A stretch of 64,000 nt of DNA from Planctomycetota bacterium (GCA_030602705.1 JAUVZF010000009.1:94-64093); one strand, 5' to 3'. Shown: positions 19,179-29,415, counted from the stretch's first letter. Numbers and translations are program-made. The notes: a model not told the origin generated them from the letters alone.

Positions 19179-21860
19179 ATGTGGACACGATGTGCGGCAG
19201 GGCTGCTGGTAGGGGTGCTGCTTGCCCTGGCGGCGCCGGCGTCTGGTGAAGAGGCCGTGCCGGCGAAGCCCGCCCAGGCGGCGATTCCGGCCCAGCCGGT
19301 TGCCGAAAAAGGCGCCGGCCAGGTCTGGGACCTCCCGCCCGAGGTCATGCAGGTGCTGAACCTGACGGGGCTGCAACTCCGCCTGCTCGGACAGGTGTTT
19401 CGCCAGTATGCCTATGAGACGCCGCCACCGCCCAAGGCCGACGCCGCCTTCGGCGTCAAGGTCGATGCGAGCGTACCCGGCGGCCTGTACCGGATGGGTT
19501 CCGGCGGCGACCTTCCCGTCCGGCTGGTTGTGACCGCCTGCTCGACCGGCACGCCCTCGGCCGTTAGCCTTCGCTACCTGGCTCAGGATTTCTACGGGCG
19601 CAAGGTGGCGTCCGGCACGCTGCCGCCGGTCTATCCCGACAAGTTCGGCATGGCTGCGGCCGACCTGATTCTGAAGGAACTGTCGGCCTTTGGCTATTAC
19701 CACGTTCTGGTCACGGCAACCCGCGAGGGGCGCAGCGTCACGGGTTGGTGCGGCGTTGCGGTCGTGCATCCGTTGCCCGAAGGCCCCGACCCGAAGAGCC
19801 CGTTTGGGTTGGTGGCGCCGCCGGGGAAGATGTCGGCCGACGTGCCGCCGGTCTGCCGCCGGCTCGGCGTCGGCCATCTGGCGTTCGACTGGACCGGCGA
19901 CGAGGCGGCCGCCCGCGCTGCGGTCAAAGCGGGCCTGGTTCCGTTGGCCATCGTTGGGCTGGAGATTCCTCAGCACAGCCCCGCCGCTGACGACTTTTCC
20001 TCGACGATGAGCGACGCGATTGCGCGGCGCGTCGAGACGGTGGCGGACTGGCAGATCGGCCGGCGGCCGGTTTTCGCCCCCGGCGCGTTGGCCGAGGCCG
20101 CCGCCTCGTATCGGCAGGCGATCTCGGGTCTGATTCAGGGTGTCCGGCGGCGGGAGACACCGGCTCGGCTGTGGGTGGCCGCCTCGCCCGACGCACTCGC
20201 CGGCGTTCTCACGGAAGGGCCCGTCCTGGCGGGCGCCGACGGCGTCAGCCTGTACGTCGATGCGGGCGCGCGTGAGGCGAACCTAAGGAGCGGCGCCTAC
20301 CGGCGCTCGCTCGACTATGGCATCCAGGTGGCCCGAAGATTGGGCATCGAGCGGACCGTCATCGGCACCGGCGACGACCCGTCGGTCCACTTGCCGCAGC
20401 GACAGGCGTGGAAACTGGTGACCCGCCACATCGTCTCGTTGGCGGCCGGCGCCGAGCGCGTCTACGTCTCGTGGGGCCGCGGGCTGCCCACGCCCGTCTC
20501 TTCGGCCGCCGCCTACGCCTGGATGACTCATCTGCTGGACGGCGCCATCTACGAAGGCGATGCCTGGGCCGGCGTGCCGCTGATCGAGGCACACCTGTTC
20601 TCCGGCCCTGAACGGCGTGCGGCTGTGGTCTGGTCGTGGGTCGGGACCGACCCGCAGGCTCCGGACCGGGGCCTGTTGGTCTTTGACGACGGCCTGGGGC
20701 TGGAGGCGCTGGACGTGGTCGGTCAGCCTGTGGCCATCTGGAAGGGCAGACAACTGATCGTCCCGTTTGGCGAGGCGCCCGTTTACCTGGTCAGCGGCGA
20801 ACTGAGCGTCGGCCGGATGCGCGAGCGCCTCCGCAAGGCGAGGATTCTGGGCGTCGGTCCCGCCACGGTCCGCATCGAAAGCATCATCCGCGGCGGCATC
20901 CCGGGCAAGGTGAACGTAACCCTCTGGATTCAGAGCCACCGGCCGCACAAGCAGGAGGGGGTAGCGGGGTTGCTGTTGCCGGAGGGCTGGCGGGCCAGGC
21001 AGGGCAAGCGCCGGTTCCGGTTGGAGGCGGGCCAGGTACGCGAGGTTACCTTCGAGTGCGACGTGGCCGCCGACGCCGGTCGCGGACCGTATGCGATTGA
21101 GGCCGTCGTTTCGCTCGACGAGCAATACGTCCGGTGCAGTCAGAACGTGTGGCCGGCCCAGACGGTCGAGCGGACGATCGAGGTCGGCTACGGCCTGGCG
21201 GACTGGGAGGGCATCGAGCCGGTCGTTCTGGAGGATGCCGGCGGCGACGTGTGGGCCGAGGTCCGGACGGCCTGGGACAAGGAGTTCTTCTACTTCTCGG
21301 CCGCCGTCCGGCGCAAGCGCGGTACGTTCAAGGCGGGCACGCACGCTTTCGGGGGCGATGCCGTCCAACTTGCGTGGGGCCTTTCAAGGCGGGCCGACGA
21401 CGACTTCGGCCACAAGGCGAAAGACTTGGCCTTGCCGGCCGGCGCGTTTCGCGATACCGACCACCTGATGGCACTGACGTTCGGCCGCGACGGGGCCGCC
21501 GTGGTTCGCCTTCGCGCCCCTCGCGTGGCCCTGCGGACCCACTGGCCGGGCAACCAGGACGGTTGGTACGGCCCGGTGGAAGGGGCCGTGGCCGACATCG
21601 CACGCGATCAGGCCATCGGGTACACGCTGTTCGAGGCGGCGATCCCGATGAAGGAACTGGCGCCGCTGAAGGGGGCGCGCGGCCGGATCTTCCGGTTCGG
21701 GTTCCGCATCGGCAACGGCGACGGCCGGCCGCTGGAATGGTCGCGGACGGCGGGGGTGCCCGACTACCTCGCCAACCCGTGCAGTTTCCTGCCGGCGTCG
21801 CTGGCCGACGGCCTGCCGTGCCAGACGTGGTGGGGAATGACGGGGGAGAAACAGCAATGA
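19179..21860 (+). CDS. Large secreted protein: GH-A-like barrel plus C-terminal CBM9-like domain
   Basis: Signal peptide, SPFG, AAAYAWMTHLL, RTAWDKEFFYFSAAV...GDAVQLA...FEAAIP; GAGGAG RBS and TATAAT at 19143. Confidence 0.65.
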   Translation: MWTRCAAGLLVGVLLALAAPASGEEAVPAKPAQAAIPAQPVAEKGAGQVWDLPPEVMQVLNLTGLQLRLLGQVFRQYAYETPPPPKADAAFGVKVDASVPGGLYRMGSGGDLPVRLVVTACSTGTPSAVSLRYLAQDFYGRKVASGTLPPVYPDKFGMAAADLILKELSAFGYYHVLVTATREGRSVTGWCGVAVVHPLPEGPDPKSPFGLVAPPGKMSADVPPVCRRLGVGHLAFDWTGDEAAARAAVKAGLVPLAIVGLEIPQHSPAADDFSSTMSDAIARRVETVADWQIGRRPVFAPGALAEAAASYRQAISGLIQGVRRRETPARLWVAASPDALAGVLTEGPVLAGADGVSLYVDAGAREANLRSGAYRRSLDYGIQVARRLGIERTVIGTGDDPSVHLPQRQAWKLVTRHIVSLAAGAERVYVSWGRGLPTPVSSAAAYAWMTHLLDGAIYEGDAWAGVPLIEAHLFSGPERRAAVVWSWVGTDPQAPDRGLLVFDDGLGLEALDVVGQPVAIWKGRQLIVPFGEAPVYLVSGELSVGRMRERLRKARILGVGPATVRIESIIRGGIPGKVNVTLWIQSHRPHKQEGVAGLLLPEGWRARQGKRRFRLEAGQVREVTFECDVAADAGRGPYAIEAVVSLDEQYVRCSQNVWPAQTVERTIEVGYGLADWEGIEPVVLEDAGGDVWAEVRTAWDKEFFYFSAAVRRKRGTFKAGTHAFGGDAVQLAWGLSRRADDDFGHKAKDLALPAGAFRDTDHLMALTFGRDGAAVVRLRAPRVALRTHWPGNQDGWYGPVEGAVADIARDQAIGYTLFEAAIPMKELAPLKGARGRIFRFGFRIGNGDGRPLEWSRTAGVPDYLANPCSFLPASLADGLPCQTWWGMTGEKQQ

Positions 21861-22256
21861 CGAATGACGAAATCCGAATGACGAATCAAACGACAAGATC
21901 GAATGCCGAATGACAAAACGCGAGAGGCGTGATGTGCTGCTGTGGGAGTTGTTTTGGTGTTCGTCATTGCTGTTTCGTCATTCATTCGTCATTCGGGCTT
22001 CGTCATTCGGCATTGTAGTTGTAAGGCAGTTTCCTGCCGGTGTCGCTGGCCGACGGCCTGCCGTGCCAGACGTGGTGGGGAATGACGGGGGAGAAACAGC
22101 AATGACGAATGACGAATCAAACGACAAGATCGAATGCCGAATGACAAAACGCGAGAGGCGTGATGTGCTGCTGCGGGAGTTGTTTTGGTGTTCGTCATTG
22201 CTGTTTCGTCATTCATTCGTCATTCGGGCTTCGTCATTCGGCATTGTAGTTGTAAG
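21781..22256. repeat. Tandem duplication (245 + 231 bp) of gene 3' end plus AATGAC-type repeat
   Basis: Copies 21781-22025 and 22026-22256 differ by 2 substitutions and a 14-bp indel. Confidence 0.92.
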
Positions 22257-22265
22257 GGGGTTTCC

Positions 22266-23060
22266 ATGCGCTTGGTGCGTTTCCTCGTGGACGGCCAGGT
22301 CCGCTACGGGGTGCTTGAGGGTGACCGGGTGCGGGAACTGTTGCGGCCGTTCTTCGAAGGGCTCGTGCCCATGAACGCGGCTCATCCGCTGGCCGACCTC
22401 GAGTTGCTTGCCCCGTCGCGCCCGTCAAAGATGCTCTGTGTCGGCCTGAACTACCGCGATCACGCCGAAGAGATGGGCGAGCCCATTGGCGATGAACCCG
22501 TCTTGTTTATGAAGCCGACCACCGCGCTGGCCGCACACGGCCAGCCGATCGTCTATCCGAAGATGGCCGGCCGCGTCGATTACGAGGCCGAACTGGCCGT
22601 GGTCATCGGCCGCCGCTGCCGGAGCGTGGCGGTGGAGGAGGCCGACGACTTCATCCTCGGCTACACGTGTTTCAACGACGTGACGGCCCGCGACCTTCAG
22701 GCGAAGGACGGTCAGTGGACCCGCGCGAAGGGGTTCGACACGTTCGGCGTCATGGGGCCGTGGATCGAGACCGACCCCGGCGACACCGGCCGCCTGACCG
22801 TCACGAGCCGCCTGAACGGCGACGTGCGCCAGCAGTCCACCACCGCGCAACTCGTTTTCAGTTGCCGCGACCTGGTGTCCTGGGCCAGCCGCATCATGAC
22901 GCTCGAGGCCGGCGACGTCATCGCCACCGGCACGCCTGCCGGCATCGGGCCGATGCAGCCGGGCGACCAGGTCGAGGTCGAGGTCGAAGGCATCGGCACG
23001 TTAAAGAACCCCGTCGTCGCGGAACCCGACGACGGGGCGGAGGCGGTTACGGTTCGGTAG
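22266..23060 (+). CDS. Fumarylacetoacetate hydrolase family protein
   Basis: CVGLNYRDH, FMKP, DYEAEL, NDVTARDLQ, WTRAKGFDTF, GDVIATGTPAG. Confidence 0.93.
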   Translation: MRLVRFLVDGQVRYGVLEGDRVRELLRPFFEGLVPMNAAHPLADLELLAPSRPSKMLCVGLNYRDHAEEMGEPIGDEPVLFMKPTTALAAHGQPIVYPKMAGRVDYEAELAVVIGRRCRSVAVEEADDFILGYTCFNDVTARDLQAKDGQWTRAKGFDTFGVMGPWIETDPGDTGRLTVTSRLNGDVRQQSTTAQLVFSCRDLVSWASRIMTLEAGDVIATGTPAGIGPMQPGDQVEVEVEGIGTLKNPVVAEPDDGAEAVTVR

Positions 23061-23115
23061 GGGTTTTGTGTTGCCGCGTGCCCACTGGGACAGCAGCGTG
23101 GCCTTGCCGTTCGGC

Positions 23116-24255
23116 TTATGCCGGCGTTTCGAGAGATTGACGAATCAGCGGCGCGGCTTGCTCGAATTGCGCGAGGCTACTGATGTTGAGTGCCAACTTG
23201 CAATTGCCCCACCTTTGACTGGAAACATCCCGGGCAAAGGATGGTGGCTGTTCCATGCGCGCATATTTTAGTCTGAGATAAAGTACAACGCTGTGCTGCT
23301 GGATAACCATGTAACAGAAGGTTCCCTTCAGGCGTGGACCGCGTGCGGCGCAACCGTAGGCAACGTAGATTTTGAGAACTCTCTTTTCAATGGCCCCCGG
23401 CCGGAGAGACAGACAAAACCGATCGATTGCTCGGTAAAGTTCAACAACCTCCTGAGGCTTGCCTGCCAAGTGCCGGCCTTCGTCGTATGGGACTTGGGTT
23501 GCCCCTCTCCCGGGGGGTTGCCGGATTTCTGAAACGGGCGATGTCGGGGGAGTGGTGCGCACGCCTTGCGTCGGTAGTGCGGTTTTACCACAGATTCGGG
23601 CGAGACTTTCTCGTATCTTGCGGGGCTTGAGATCGTCGTCACCGGTGGCCTTTCGCACAAGGTTAAGAAACGCTGTTGGCGGGTTGCGCATAAGGGTGTC
23701 AAGGGCTTTGCGTATTTTACCGTCCGTGAACGTCTGCTCGCCGATTGGGCCCAAGGTGCCTTTAGCCATTCCGTCTTGTGAGAAGCGCCACATCAGACGC
23801 GCCAAGTCTTGAACGGAGATTTCTTGGGAGTCGCGTGGGTCCAGCGAAACCTCGTACATGAGTTTATCCGGGGCGGGGCATTTCTCAACGCTGCGGTAAA
23901 CCTTCCACTTCACGCCGTTGGTGAGAACGCACCAGACGATACCGTCGTTGGCCGCGTAACCCACAACCTGGGTGATGGCCTTGACATCGTTCAAGGGGTC
24001 GTCAAGCGCCTTGGCTTCGACCAGGAGTACGGGCTTGCGGTTGATCTTGAGGGCATAGTCCACCGACTTGCCGTCAACTGTGGGGTATTCCAACTCTACC
24101 TCGTCCGGGTCGCGCACGTCCCAGCCTAATGCTTCAAGGAGGGGATCAATTATGATCGTTCGAGTGGGGGTTTCTTTCAGCGCATGCTTCCGGAGCGTGC
24201 CGAGTTTGGCGCGGACGCTCTCGATGGTTTGAATTAGTTCATTCATCTCGCCCAT
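23116..24255 (-). CDS. HsdR-N-like PD-(D/E)xK nuclease fused to a DUF5655-like C-terminal domain
   Basis: ETPTR..IIDPLLEALGWD, VDYAL...VEAK, Q...YA, LTNG..W; C-terminal KIYVAY...RDVSSQRWG; visibly lower GC than neighbours. Confidence 0.75.
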   Translation of the reverse strand: MGEMNELIQTIESVRAKLGTLRKHALKETPTRTIIIDPLLEALGWDVRDPDEVELEYPTVDGKSVDYALKINRKPVLLVEAKALDDPLNDVKAITQVVGYAANDGIVWCVLTNGVKWKVYRSVEKCPAPDKLMYEVSLDPRDSQEISVQDLARLMWRFSQDGMAKGTLGPIGEQTFTDGKIRKALDTLMRNPPTAFLNLVRKATGDDDLKPRKIRESLARICGKTALPTQGVRTTPPTSPVSEIRQPPGRGATQVPYDEGRHLAGKPQEVVELYRAIDRFCLSLRPGAIEKRVLKIYVAYGCAARGPRLKGTFCYMVIQQHSVVLYLRLKYARMEQPPSFARDVSSQRWGNCKLALNISSLAQFEQAAPLIRQSLETPA

Positions 24256-24419
24256 CCTCCGGGTTCAAATTGGGAGCCAAGACCCAAGGCCATTCTTCAA
24301 GGTTATAGCCTGACGGATCAATGTCAAGTGGCAGTGCCTTCACTCGGCGCGCCCCCGCCTTTGGCCTTGTCCAGCGCCGCGGTTCCTCGTATCATTTCGC
24401 CTTCCTTGGGAGGCTCACG

Positions 24420-26060
24420 ATGCGACGGCACGCGCAAATCCGGCGTTACCTGACGGCGTTCGACACGGCCCGTCTTCCGCAGGTGTTTACCGACGTGCTG
24501 ATCATCGGCAGCGGCGTGGCGGCGCTGCGGACGGCGCTGGAGGTGGCGCCCGCGCTGCGGGTGGCGCTGGTGACGAAGAGCGGCCTGACCGAATCGAACA
24601 GTTACTATGCTCAGGGCGGCATTGCGGCCGCCATCGCTCCGAAGGACTCGGTCGAGAGCCACGTGGCCGACACGCTGGCCACGGGCTGCGGCCTGTCGGA
24701 CGAGGCGGTCGTCCGGCAGGTGGTCGAGGCGGCGCCGGAGTGCATCCGTGAACTCGTCGATTGGGGCGCCGACTTCGACAAGACCGACGGCCGCATCAGC
24801 GTCGGCCGCGAGGGCGGGCACTCTGCGCCGCGCATCGTCCATGCGCGCGGCGATGAGACCGGCAAGGAGATCACCTCTATGCTCCTGGCCGGCGTCATCC
24901 GCAACGGAGCCATCGACATCTATGAGAACACCTTTGTCATCGACCTGCTCGCGGTCGACGGGGCCGTCGTGGGCGTCCTGGCATGGCACCCGCGGCACGG
25001 GATACTGATTGTGCGGGCCAAACGGACGGTGCTGGCGACCGGCGGCCTGGGCCGCGTTTACCGCGAGACCACGAATCCGGAGGTGGCCACCGGCGACGGT
25101 CTGGCGATGGCTTACCGGGCGGGGGCGGTGCTGAGCGACCTGGAGTTCGTCCAGTTCCATCCGACCACGCTTTACATCGCCGGCGCCAGCCGCCACCTGA
25201 TTTCCGAAACGGTGCGCGGCGAAGGCGGGCGGCTGGTTGACAAGACCGGCAGCGCCTTCATGCACGCCTACCACGAGATGGGCGACCTGGCGCCGCGCGA
25301 CGTCGTCAGCCGCGCCATCGTCGATCACATGCGCGCCACCGGCGCCACGAACGTTTTTCTCGACCTGACGGGGTTAGGGACGGGCGTGCGCGAGCGTTTT
25401 CCCGGTATCGCGAAGGCGTGCGCGCGGTTCGACATCGACATCGCCCTCGACCTCATTCCCGTCCGCCCGAGCGCTCACTACATGGTGGGGGGTGTCCGGG
25501 TGGACGCCTTCGGGCGCAGCAGTTTGCGTCATCTTTACGCCGGCGGCGAGGCGTCCTCGACCTGGCTGCACGGGGCGAACCGGCTGGGGTCGAACAGTTT
25601 GCTCGAGGGGCTGGTCTACGGCCGCGTGATCGGCCGCCACATTGCGGAGGACCTGGCAGGCGCCTCGTCCCGCGGCGCGGACGCCGGCGGGGCGCCCGAA
25701 CGGGTCTACAGCGACGCCACCCCCTCGACGCGCGGCGAACTGCATCTGCCGGACGTGCGGGACAGCCTTCGGTCGCTCATGTGGCGATACGTGGGCATTG
25801 CCCGCAACGAAGAGGACCTGACCGAGGCCGACGCCCTCATCGAGTTCTGGCAGAGTTACGTTCTGGACAAGGTGTTCGAGGAGTCGGTCGGATGGGAACT
25901 CCAGAACATGCTGGCCCTCGGCCGCCTCATGGCCTGGGCGGCGCTGTCGCGGACCGAGACGCGCGGCGTGCATTTCCGGTCGGACTACCCGGAGCGCGAC
26001 GACGAGCACTGGGCCAGGCACGTCCTGATAGCGCGCGACACCGAGCCGTGGTTCGAGTGA
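24420..26060 (+). CDS. nadB: L-aspartate oxidase
   Basis: IIGSGVAAL, SNSYYAQGGIA, REGGHS, FVQFHPT, LAPRDVVSRAI, LHGANRLGSNSLLEG. Confidence 0.93.
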   Translation: MRRHAQIRRYLTAFDTARLPQVFTDVLIIGSGVAALRTALEVAPALRVALVTKSGLTESNSYYAQGGIAAAIAPKDSVESHVADTLATGCGLSDEAVVRQVVEAAPECIRELVDWGADFDKTDGRISVGREGGHSAPRIVHARGDETGKEITSMLLAGVIRNGAIDIYENTFVIDLLAVDGAVVGVLAWHPRHGILIVRAKRTVLATGGLGRVYRETTNPEVATGDGLAMAYRAGAVLSDLEFVQFHPTTLYIAGASRHLISETVRGEGGRLVDKTGSAFMHAYHEMGDLAPRDVVSRAIVDHMRATGATNVFLDLTGLGTGVRERFPGIAKACARFDIDIALDLIPVRPSAHYMVGGVRVDAFGRSSLRHLYAGGEASSTWLHGANRLGSNSLLEGLVYGRVIGRHIAEDLAGASSRGADAGGAPERVYSDATPSTRGELHLPDVRDSLRSLMWRYVGIARNEEDLTEADALIEFWQSYVLDKVFEESVGWELQNMLALGRLMAWAALSRTETRGVHFRSDYPERDDEHWARHVLIARDTEPWFE

Positions 26061-26250
26061 AACAATTTCGGATTTCGGATTTCGGATTGCGGATTGGCCG
26101 GTAAACGGCAACGACAGCGGCAGCCTGGTTAGCCGCCGGGCTTGCCCGGCGCGCACGCGCGCAAGGTGCGTTCGAGTGTGCCAACGGGTCGCGCGGTGGG
26201 CAATCTTGCCTACCGCGCACGCGCGCCGAGCGTCATAGCGAGACCCGCCC

Positions 26251-26823
26251 ATGCCGGAAGAGATCGAGGCGAAGGTCCGGATCGGCGACCCTGAAGCGTT
26301 TCGCCGCCGGATGGCGGACCGCGCCCGGTCGGCCGGCGAGACCGTCTTTGAGGTCAACCGCCTGTTCGACGATGCCGCCGCATCGCTCCGCGGGCGGGGC
26401 TCGGCCCTGAGGGTGCGGGAAGAGTTCCGGTTGCCGGATCGTGTGCGGCTGCGGACGATACTCACGTTCAAGGGGCCGCCGGCCGCCGGGCCCATGAAAC
26501 GGCGGCCGGAGTTTGAACTGCAGGTCGAGGCCGCCGAACCGCTCGTCGCCATCCTGGAGGCGCTGGGCCTGTCGGAAGCGTTCCGCTACGAGAAACGCCG
26601 TACGACGTGGCACGTCGGTCGATGCGAAGTGACGCTTGACGAACTGCCGCACCTGGGCTGGTTTGCCGAGATCGAGGGCCCGAGCGAGGAGGCCGTCCTG
26701 GCCGAACTGGCCGACCTGGGCTTCGCCGATGCGCCGCTCATCCGCGCCAGTTACATTCGCCTGCTGCGCGAGCACCTCAAATCGCTCGGGCGCGATCCGA
26801 CGCGGGCGGTGTTTGAGGAGTGA
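26251..26823 (+). CDS. CYTH domain protein (class IV adenylate cyclase-like)
   Basis: EIEAK (ExExK), LRVR, LTFKGP, YEKRR, FAEIEG, SY. Confidence 0.88.
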   Translation: MPEEIEAKVRIGDPEAFRRRMADRARSAGETVFEVNRLFDDAAASLRGRGSALRVREEFRLPDRVRLRTILTFKGPPAAGPMKRRPEFELQVEAAEPLVAILEALGLSEAFRYEKRRTTWHVGRCEVTLDELPHLGWFAEIEGPSEEAVLAELADLGFADAPLIRASYIRLLREHLKSLGRDPTRAVFEE

Positions 26824-26857
26824 CCCGGCCGCCGGGATCGCGGGTCTGAGATCGCCG

Positions 26858-26942
26858 ATTTCAGATTTCAGATTTCAGATCTCAAATCCCAAATCTCAGA
26901 TTTCAGATCTCAGATTTCAGATCTCAAATCTCAGATTCCAGA
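26858..26942. repeat. Heptamer microsatellite (ATYTCAR)n; related (TTTCGGA)n at about 26066-26095
   Basis: About 12 degenerate 7-bp units between convergent genes. Confidence 0.85.
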
Positions 26943-26950
26943 TTCGCGGT

Positions 26951-27598
26951 TCACGTTCGCCGCAGCAGTTTCCAGAACTGCCACCACTTGCGTCCCACGC
27001 GTGCTTTCGCACGCTCCTTGACGCCCCTTTCGAACGCTTTCTGGTCCAGCGAATCGGCCCGGCGGAGCCGGTCCAGGGGTGGCAGGCGGTCGAGCATCGT
27101 CTCGATCGTTGAACGGCGGAAGGTGTCGGCCTGGTCGGCGGCCCTGCGGCGGCTCTCATCGGACCAGAGTGCGGAGGCGGGCGGCGCATCGTCCTGGGGC
27201 CCGTAGAACTTCAGCGCCTCTTCCAGGCACTGCCTGGCGTCGAGCAGCGACTGGGCTCTCCGGACCGACTCGGTGAGTTGCTCGATTCGCCCGAGGTAGA
27301 ACTTCGCAAGGCCCATCCATTCGACCACGTCGAGGGCACGCGACGGCGCGGCGGTCGGGTTCACTTGCCGGATGGGGCCCTTCGGCCCGCCGTGCGTGTC
27401 GAGTTGAAAAGGGAACGTCCGGCGGGCGCCGCACGTGAAGCACGTTGCCGCCACACGGTGGAGCACGCGCGCCGCGTCTTCCTCAACCTCCTGCGAATCG
27501 CTCTGCCACGCCCCGCCGCACACGCACGGGTGCACCATCAGGTAGAAGTACTCTTCCTGGACGCCGTGGACGTGTACGGGATCGTCGGCGGGCGGCAC
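26951..27598 (-). CDS. Hypothetical protein with zinc-ribbon-like motif and C-terminal KWWQFWK
   Basis: HPCVCGG...CFTCG; GGAGG RBS before the GTG start. Confidence 0.75.
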   Translation of the reverse strand: MPPADDPVHVHGVQEEYFYLMVHPCVCGGAWQSDSQEVEEDAARVLHRVAATCFTCGARRTFPFQLDTHGGPKGPIRQVNPTAAPSRALDVVEWMGLAKFYLGRIEQLTESVRRAQSLLDARQCLEEALKFYGPQDDAPPASALWSDESRRRAADQADTFRRSTIETMLDRLPPLDRLRRADSLDQKAFERGVKERAKARVGRKWWQFWKLLRRT

Positions 27599-27655
27599 GT
27601 GGGCCTCCGTTCGGCGGGCGCGGCATCGGGACGCCTCAGGGACAGCCGGCTGGAA

Positions 27656-27946
27656 TCAGTTGGTCGCTGCCGGCGCTGCCGTACCGGCTGCGGGTGCTGC
27701 GGTCCCCGGTGCGGGCGCTGCGGTACCCGGTGCGGGGGCCGGTGCGGGCGGTTCCAGTGAACCGCTGATGTTCGGGCTGGGCTCGGGCGGCGGGGGAACG
27801 TCCGGCTCGAGTTTCCTCTGGCGCACGAACTTGTCCGCCGAAGCCTGGACCGGCTCCTCGCCCCCGTCGCCGCCACAACCGGCGACCCACGTGCAGGCCG
27901 GCACCATGGCCGACAACACCAGGAAGATACAAGTGCGAGTATGCAT
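27656..27946 (-). CDS. Small Pro/Ala-rich putative lipoprotein
   Basis: Lipobox-like VAGC; PGTAAPA repeats. Confidence 0.6.
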   Translation of the reverse strand: MHTRTCIFLVLSAMVPACTWVAGCGGDGGEEPVQASADKFVRQRKLEPDVPPPPEPSPNISGSLEPPAPAPAPGTAAPAPGTAAPAAGTAAPAATN

Positions 27947-28100
27947 TATGGCATCCCCTTCTTGAGCGTTTCCAGGTCTCACATGCTACCCGGCGGCTGC
28001 GATTTTTCAACCCAAATCCCGAGGCACTCGTAACGGCTCAGTTACGCGAGGGTGGCACGGCAGGTGCGAAGGGCGGCCGTGTGCGCCCCAGTGTCCAATC

Positions 28101-28181
28101 AGGCAAAAAGGTTCCAGGAACCTTTTCTGCGTAGCACCCTCCGGGCCCTTCAGGGAAAAGGTTCCTGGAACCTTTTTGCCT
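28101..28181. repeat. Double-palindrome REP-like element, copy 2
   Basis: Inverted copy of 3320-3396. Confidence 0.85.
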
Positions 28182-28213
28182 GTGGCACCCAGTGCGCCGA
28201 TGCCCCGGCGGCG

Positions 28214-28702
28214 CTACCCGCCCATGCGGCTCTTGACGAACGCCATCAGGCCGCCGGCGGCGATGATGTCCTGAATCTCCTTCGTAAACGGGGCAAACGT
28301 AAACGCGTTGCCGGTGGTCAGGTTTTTGAGTTCCCCCTTGGCCGGATCCACTTCGACCTGGTCGCCGGGACGGATGTCTTCGACCGCTTCGGGGCAGGCG
28401 ACGATCGGCAGGGCGATGTTGATCGCGTTGCGGAAGAAGATCCGGGCGAAACTCCTGGCGATGACGCACGAGATGCCGGCCGCCTTGATCGCAATGGGGG
28501 CGTGCTCGCGGCTGGACCCGCAGCCGAAGTTCTCACCCGCCACGAGCACGTCGCCCGGCGCTGCCCTCGCGACGAACTCCGGGTCGGCGTCCTCCATGCA
28601 GTGGGCGGCCAGAAACTCCGGGTCGATCCGGTTCAGGTACCGCGCGGGGATGATCTCGTCGGTGTTGACGTCGTCGCCGAACACGTGCGCTTTGCCCTTC
28701 AT
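28214..28702 (-). CDS. leuD: 3-isopropylmalate dehydratase small subunit
   Basis: DDVNTDEIIPARYL, NFGCGSSREHAP, SFARIFFRNAIN, AGGL. Confidence 0.92.
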   Translation of the reverse strand: MKGKAHVFGDDVNTDEIIPARYLNRIDPEFLAAHCMEDADPEFVARAAPGDVLVAGENFGCGSSREHAPIAIKAAGISCVIARSFARIFFRNAINIALPIVACPEAVEDIRPGDQVEVDPAKGELKNLTTGNAFTFAPFTKEIQDIIAAGGLMAFVKSRMGG

Positions 28703-28975
28703 GCCTGTCTCCTCCGGCGGCAATCTAGCAGACGCGGCGAGCGGCGGCAATGCAAAAGGCGGCCCTATTTCACCGAGATCTCAAGCCCTTCGACGTCGAA
28801 CACGAAGTTGACGCTCGCGCGCACCTGCGACGGGTCGCGGAGTCAGTGCTCCGAGCCGCGACCGCAAGGAAGCGGCCGCTCCCTGGCGGGCGCGGCTCCG
28901 ATACGATGCGTGACGCCGGGTCCGGCGAGCGGCGACCTGTTGACGGTCGCGGCGAAGAAGTGAGACCCGTGCCGC

Positions 28976-29335
28976 CTACGGCCCGCCGCGCGCTTTGAAC
29001 ACGACCCGATCATCCGCGGCCAGGCCGATAACGCAGGTGAGGCGGGGGCCGCCGTGGTAGATGAGCCACACAACCGCGCCGCTCTTTTCGGCGTCGGCGT
29101 AGATCTGCTCGTGGCCTTTGCGCGGGCCGAGGCGGAACTCGACGGTCTCTTCAGCGGGCTCTCCCATCAGTTCCAGCACGGCCTCGCGCGAATGGCCGAA
29201 ATGGACCTGGTCCCATTCCGGATACTCGACGCCGTCCGTGTAGCGCTGCCAGAGGAGATAGGCCAGGACCACGATGGCGGCCAGGCCCGCCAGCAGGAAC
29301 AGTGTGCGACCCGTGCCGCTGCCTTTCGTCATCAT
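28976..29335 (-). CDS. Small membrane-anchored hypothetical protein
   Basis: GGAGG RBS, N-terminal TM, GHSREAVLELMGEP (SmpA/BamE-like turn). Confidence 0.65.
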   Translation of the reverse strand: MMTKGSGTGRTLFLLAGLAAIVVLAYLLWQRYTDGVEYPEWDQVHFGHSREAVLELMGEPAEETVEFRLGPRKGHEQIYADAEKSGAVVWLIYHGGPRLTCVIGLAADDRVVFKARGGP

Positions 29336-29415
29336 CGTGTCCTCCCGGCAAAGCAGGTGCCTGTGGCCGGCCGCAAGCGGCTCCTGGCGGCAGGCAGCGA
29401 CGCAGTCCGATCGGC

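Noticed and set aside
21781..22256. DGR template/variable repeat pair
   Set aside because: Differences are not adenine-specific and no reverse transcriptase is in the window.
28765..28835. Possible gene-tail remnant upstream of leuD (QVRASVNFVFDVEGLEISVK*)
   Set aside because: Too short to assign and not recognisably leuC.
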